Shown: in pieces, positions 61,982 through 64,000 of the stretch
How the letters are laid out: each line of letters starts with the position of its first letter
Position numbering within the stretch: position 1 is the stretch's first letter
Source: the human T2T-CHM13v2.0 reference genome, Homo sapiens
Assembly: GCF_009914755.1 (NCBI RefSeq)
Contig: NC_060935.1
Length of the DNA stretch: 64,000 nucleotides
Strand: one strand, 5' to 3'
Notes under the pieces: model-generated
Seen by the model: the letters and a program-made list of their open reading frames with translations, nothing else
Databases searched by the model: none
What the model was told of the DNA's origin: nothing
Program-made: the position numbers and the translations under genes

Positions 61982-62262
61982 GGCTGGGCCTGGTGGCTCA
62001 TGCCTGTAATCCCAGCACTTTGGGAGGCCGAGGTGGGTGGATCACGAGGTCAGGAGATCAAGACCATCATGGCCAACATGGTAAAACCCCGTCTCTACTA
62101 AAAATACAAAAATTAGCCGGGTGTGGTAGCGCACGCCTGTAGTCTCAGGATGCTGAGGCAGGAGAATCACTTGAACCCAGGAGGCAGAGGTTGCAGTGAG
62201 CCGTGATCACTGCAGCCTGGCAACAGAGTGAGACTCCGTCTCTTAAAAAAAAAAAAAAAAAA
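61982..62262 (+). mobile_element. AluSc/Sg with internal deletions
   Basis: Forward Alu; TSD agaattatacaaagta. Confidence 0.92.
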
Positions 62263-63184
62263 GAATTATACAAAGTAAGATTGTTATAATAGACTGTGGA
62301 AGACTCCCCAGCAAGCCCATTCCCAACAGCCACCACAAGGAGATGGCTCTGCTCAGTGAAGTCAAATGGAAAGGCCTCTACTACAACCCTTATCCAACTG
62401 TAATGTAAGTATCCCCCTCTATTACTGCCCCTCATAATAACAAGAAGCCATAATCACCAGTGCTTATTAGGTATCAAGCAAAATGCTAAGTACATTTACA
62501 TTATTTCCCATGTAATACTCCATTTTACATATAGGAAAACTGAAACTTAAGAGGTTAAAATGATTTGGTTATTAATGGAGCCAGGATTGAACCTCAAATT
62601 CATGCAACTCTAAAGACCATGTTTTTTCCATTAATTCAGTAAGCTTTTAATGACACCAAGGGATCTCGAAGTATCCAAAACAGAAGGCATTCAGGTACAA
62701 CTTAATAAAAGAAAAAGGAAGCAAAATCACAGTTCAAATTAATGAGAAAATTAAAAGATTCAGAAGGTGAGAATTCTGAACCTGTCTAGGGCACCAAGCA
62801 GCTGTGATATCTTCAGCAAGTTGTCTGTCAATGAAAATAAAACACCCCTCACATTTACAGTATATAGTATTCTGGAGTCTACATAGCATTTTGAAATATC
62901 TGCAAATATTTTATTGTCACAGCAACACTGGAGAGCAGTTTCAATTATCTCTCTTCTATAAATGAGCAAACTGAGACTCAAAAAGAATTCCAGTGACTTA
63001 CCCATGGTTATTAAACAGATGGAACTTGCCAGACACAATATACCTAGATTTCTTTATTCTCAGACATAATATACCTAGATTTCCTTATTCTCAGAAGAGA
63101 TGTACTTGAAACTGGAAAGTTTTAGGGAATGGCCAAAAGGTCACAGCAAGGACAAGAATCCAGTTTCCTTCTTATTCTCCTAAC

Positions 63185-63380
63185 CCAGTGAGCTGCAACC
63201 AGGTACGTAAACCTGGAGCGCTCTAAAAAAAAAAAAAAAAAAAACCCGACGCCTGGGTCCCATACCAACCACCATCCCCCAAATTTAACTTATTTGGTCC
63301 AGGGTGGGACGTGGGTATCATCAGGAAGCTTATATTTTTAAGTTTCCCGGGTGTGGTCATGCTCAAAAACTATTGGCCTA
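63185..63380 (+). mobile_element. MER5A-like fragment
   Basis: acctggagcgctct...gcctgggtccc...atttggtccagggtggg motif order. Confidence 0.55.
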
Positions 63381-63889
63381 ACCCCCAGAGCCACAGATTG
63401 AGAAATGTCCTGATTCACCCTCGTTTTCTAATGTGAAATTCTCTGAGTGAAGCCATCTAACTCTTTGTAAACTCATCACAATTACGAAGCAAAACATCTT
63501 CTATTATTGTGAATGGCCATGTAAGTTAAAATAATTTAATTTCTGTTGCCTAAGAATAAATTGTTATATACCATGCAATCAACATCTTAATGGTCATGAC
63601 TAGAAATGTGGCATACAGCAACAAAATTGCTTCTAGAAAAAGAAAAGCTGCCCACAATAGTATAATATACACAAAAACAACTAAGTAAAAAAACTGAAGT
63701 TGTCTTTTTCCTCCAAATGTCCCTGTTTGGGGGATCTCAAAACTCCTTGGTTCCACCAAGATGAATTCACCTCAAGTGTCCTCTGATGGAGGTCTGAATA
63801 CTGCAAGGACTTATCCCACAATATCTCTACTTCTCTCTGCTAATCCAAATCCTACCTGACCAAGTTCTTTTCCTGACCATCCAGCCTAC

Positions 63890-64000
63890 TGTTATGGGTT
63901 GAATTGTGTCTCAAAAAAAAAAAAATGTTAAAATCCTAACCACCAATACCTTAGGATTGACCTTATTTGGAATTAGAGTAGTTACAGACGTAATCAAGTT
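63890..64000 (+). mobile_element. MLT1 LTR 5' end (runs off the window)
   Basis: tgttatgggttgaattgtgtc...gaccttatttggaa...gacgtaatcaagtt. Confidence 0.8.

Overview
Human genomic DNA from inside the PAK1 gene (p21-activated kinase 1), which is transcribed on the minus strand. A full-length AluYa5 supports human origin. The only protein-coding sequence I can support is the first coding exon (exon 11479..11269, ATG at 11458, residues 1-63, [16 protein letters not shown]...ILPGDK). A CpG-rich island at about 30.6-31.0 kb carries a good minus-strand splice donor at 30701/30700 and looks like an internal promoter with a non-coding first exon. The rest is intron, dominated by Alu, L1, L2, MIR and CR1 elements, MaLR LTRs, MER/Tigger DNA transposons and microsatellites. 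Nearly all ORFs in the supplied track are repeat-derived or chance. I see no prokaryotic-type system and no new gene. The most interesting signals are: (i) 5'UTR control logic at the PAK1 start, with a TAG/TAG tandem acceptor, in-frame CUG/GUG codons and a splice-created uORF ending 2 nt before the ATG; (ii) inverted Alus bracketing the coding exon, with circRNA and editing potential; (iii) a young AluYa5; and (iv) local template-switch or duplication scars at about 27.3 kb, 37.2/38.8 kb and 58.0-58.4 kb. Repeat subfamily calls and boundaries were made by eye and are approximate.
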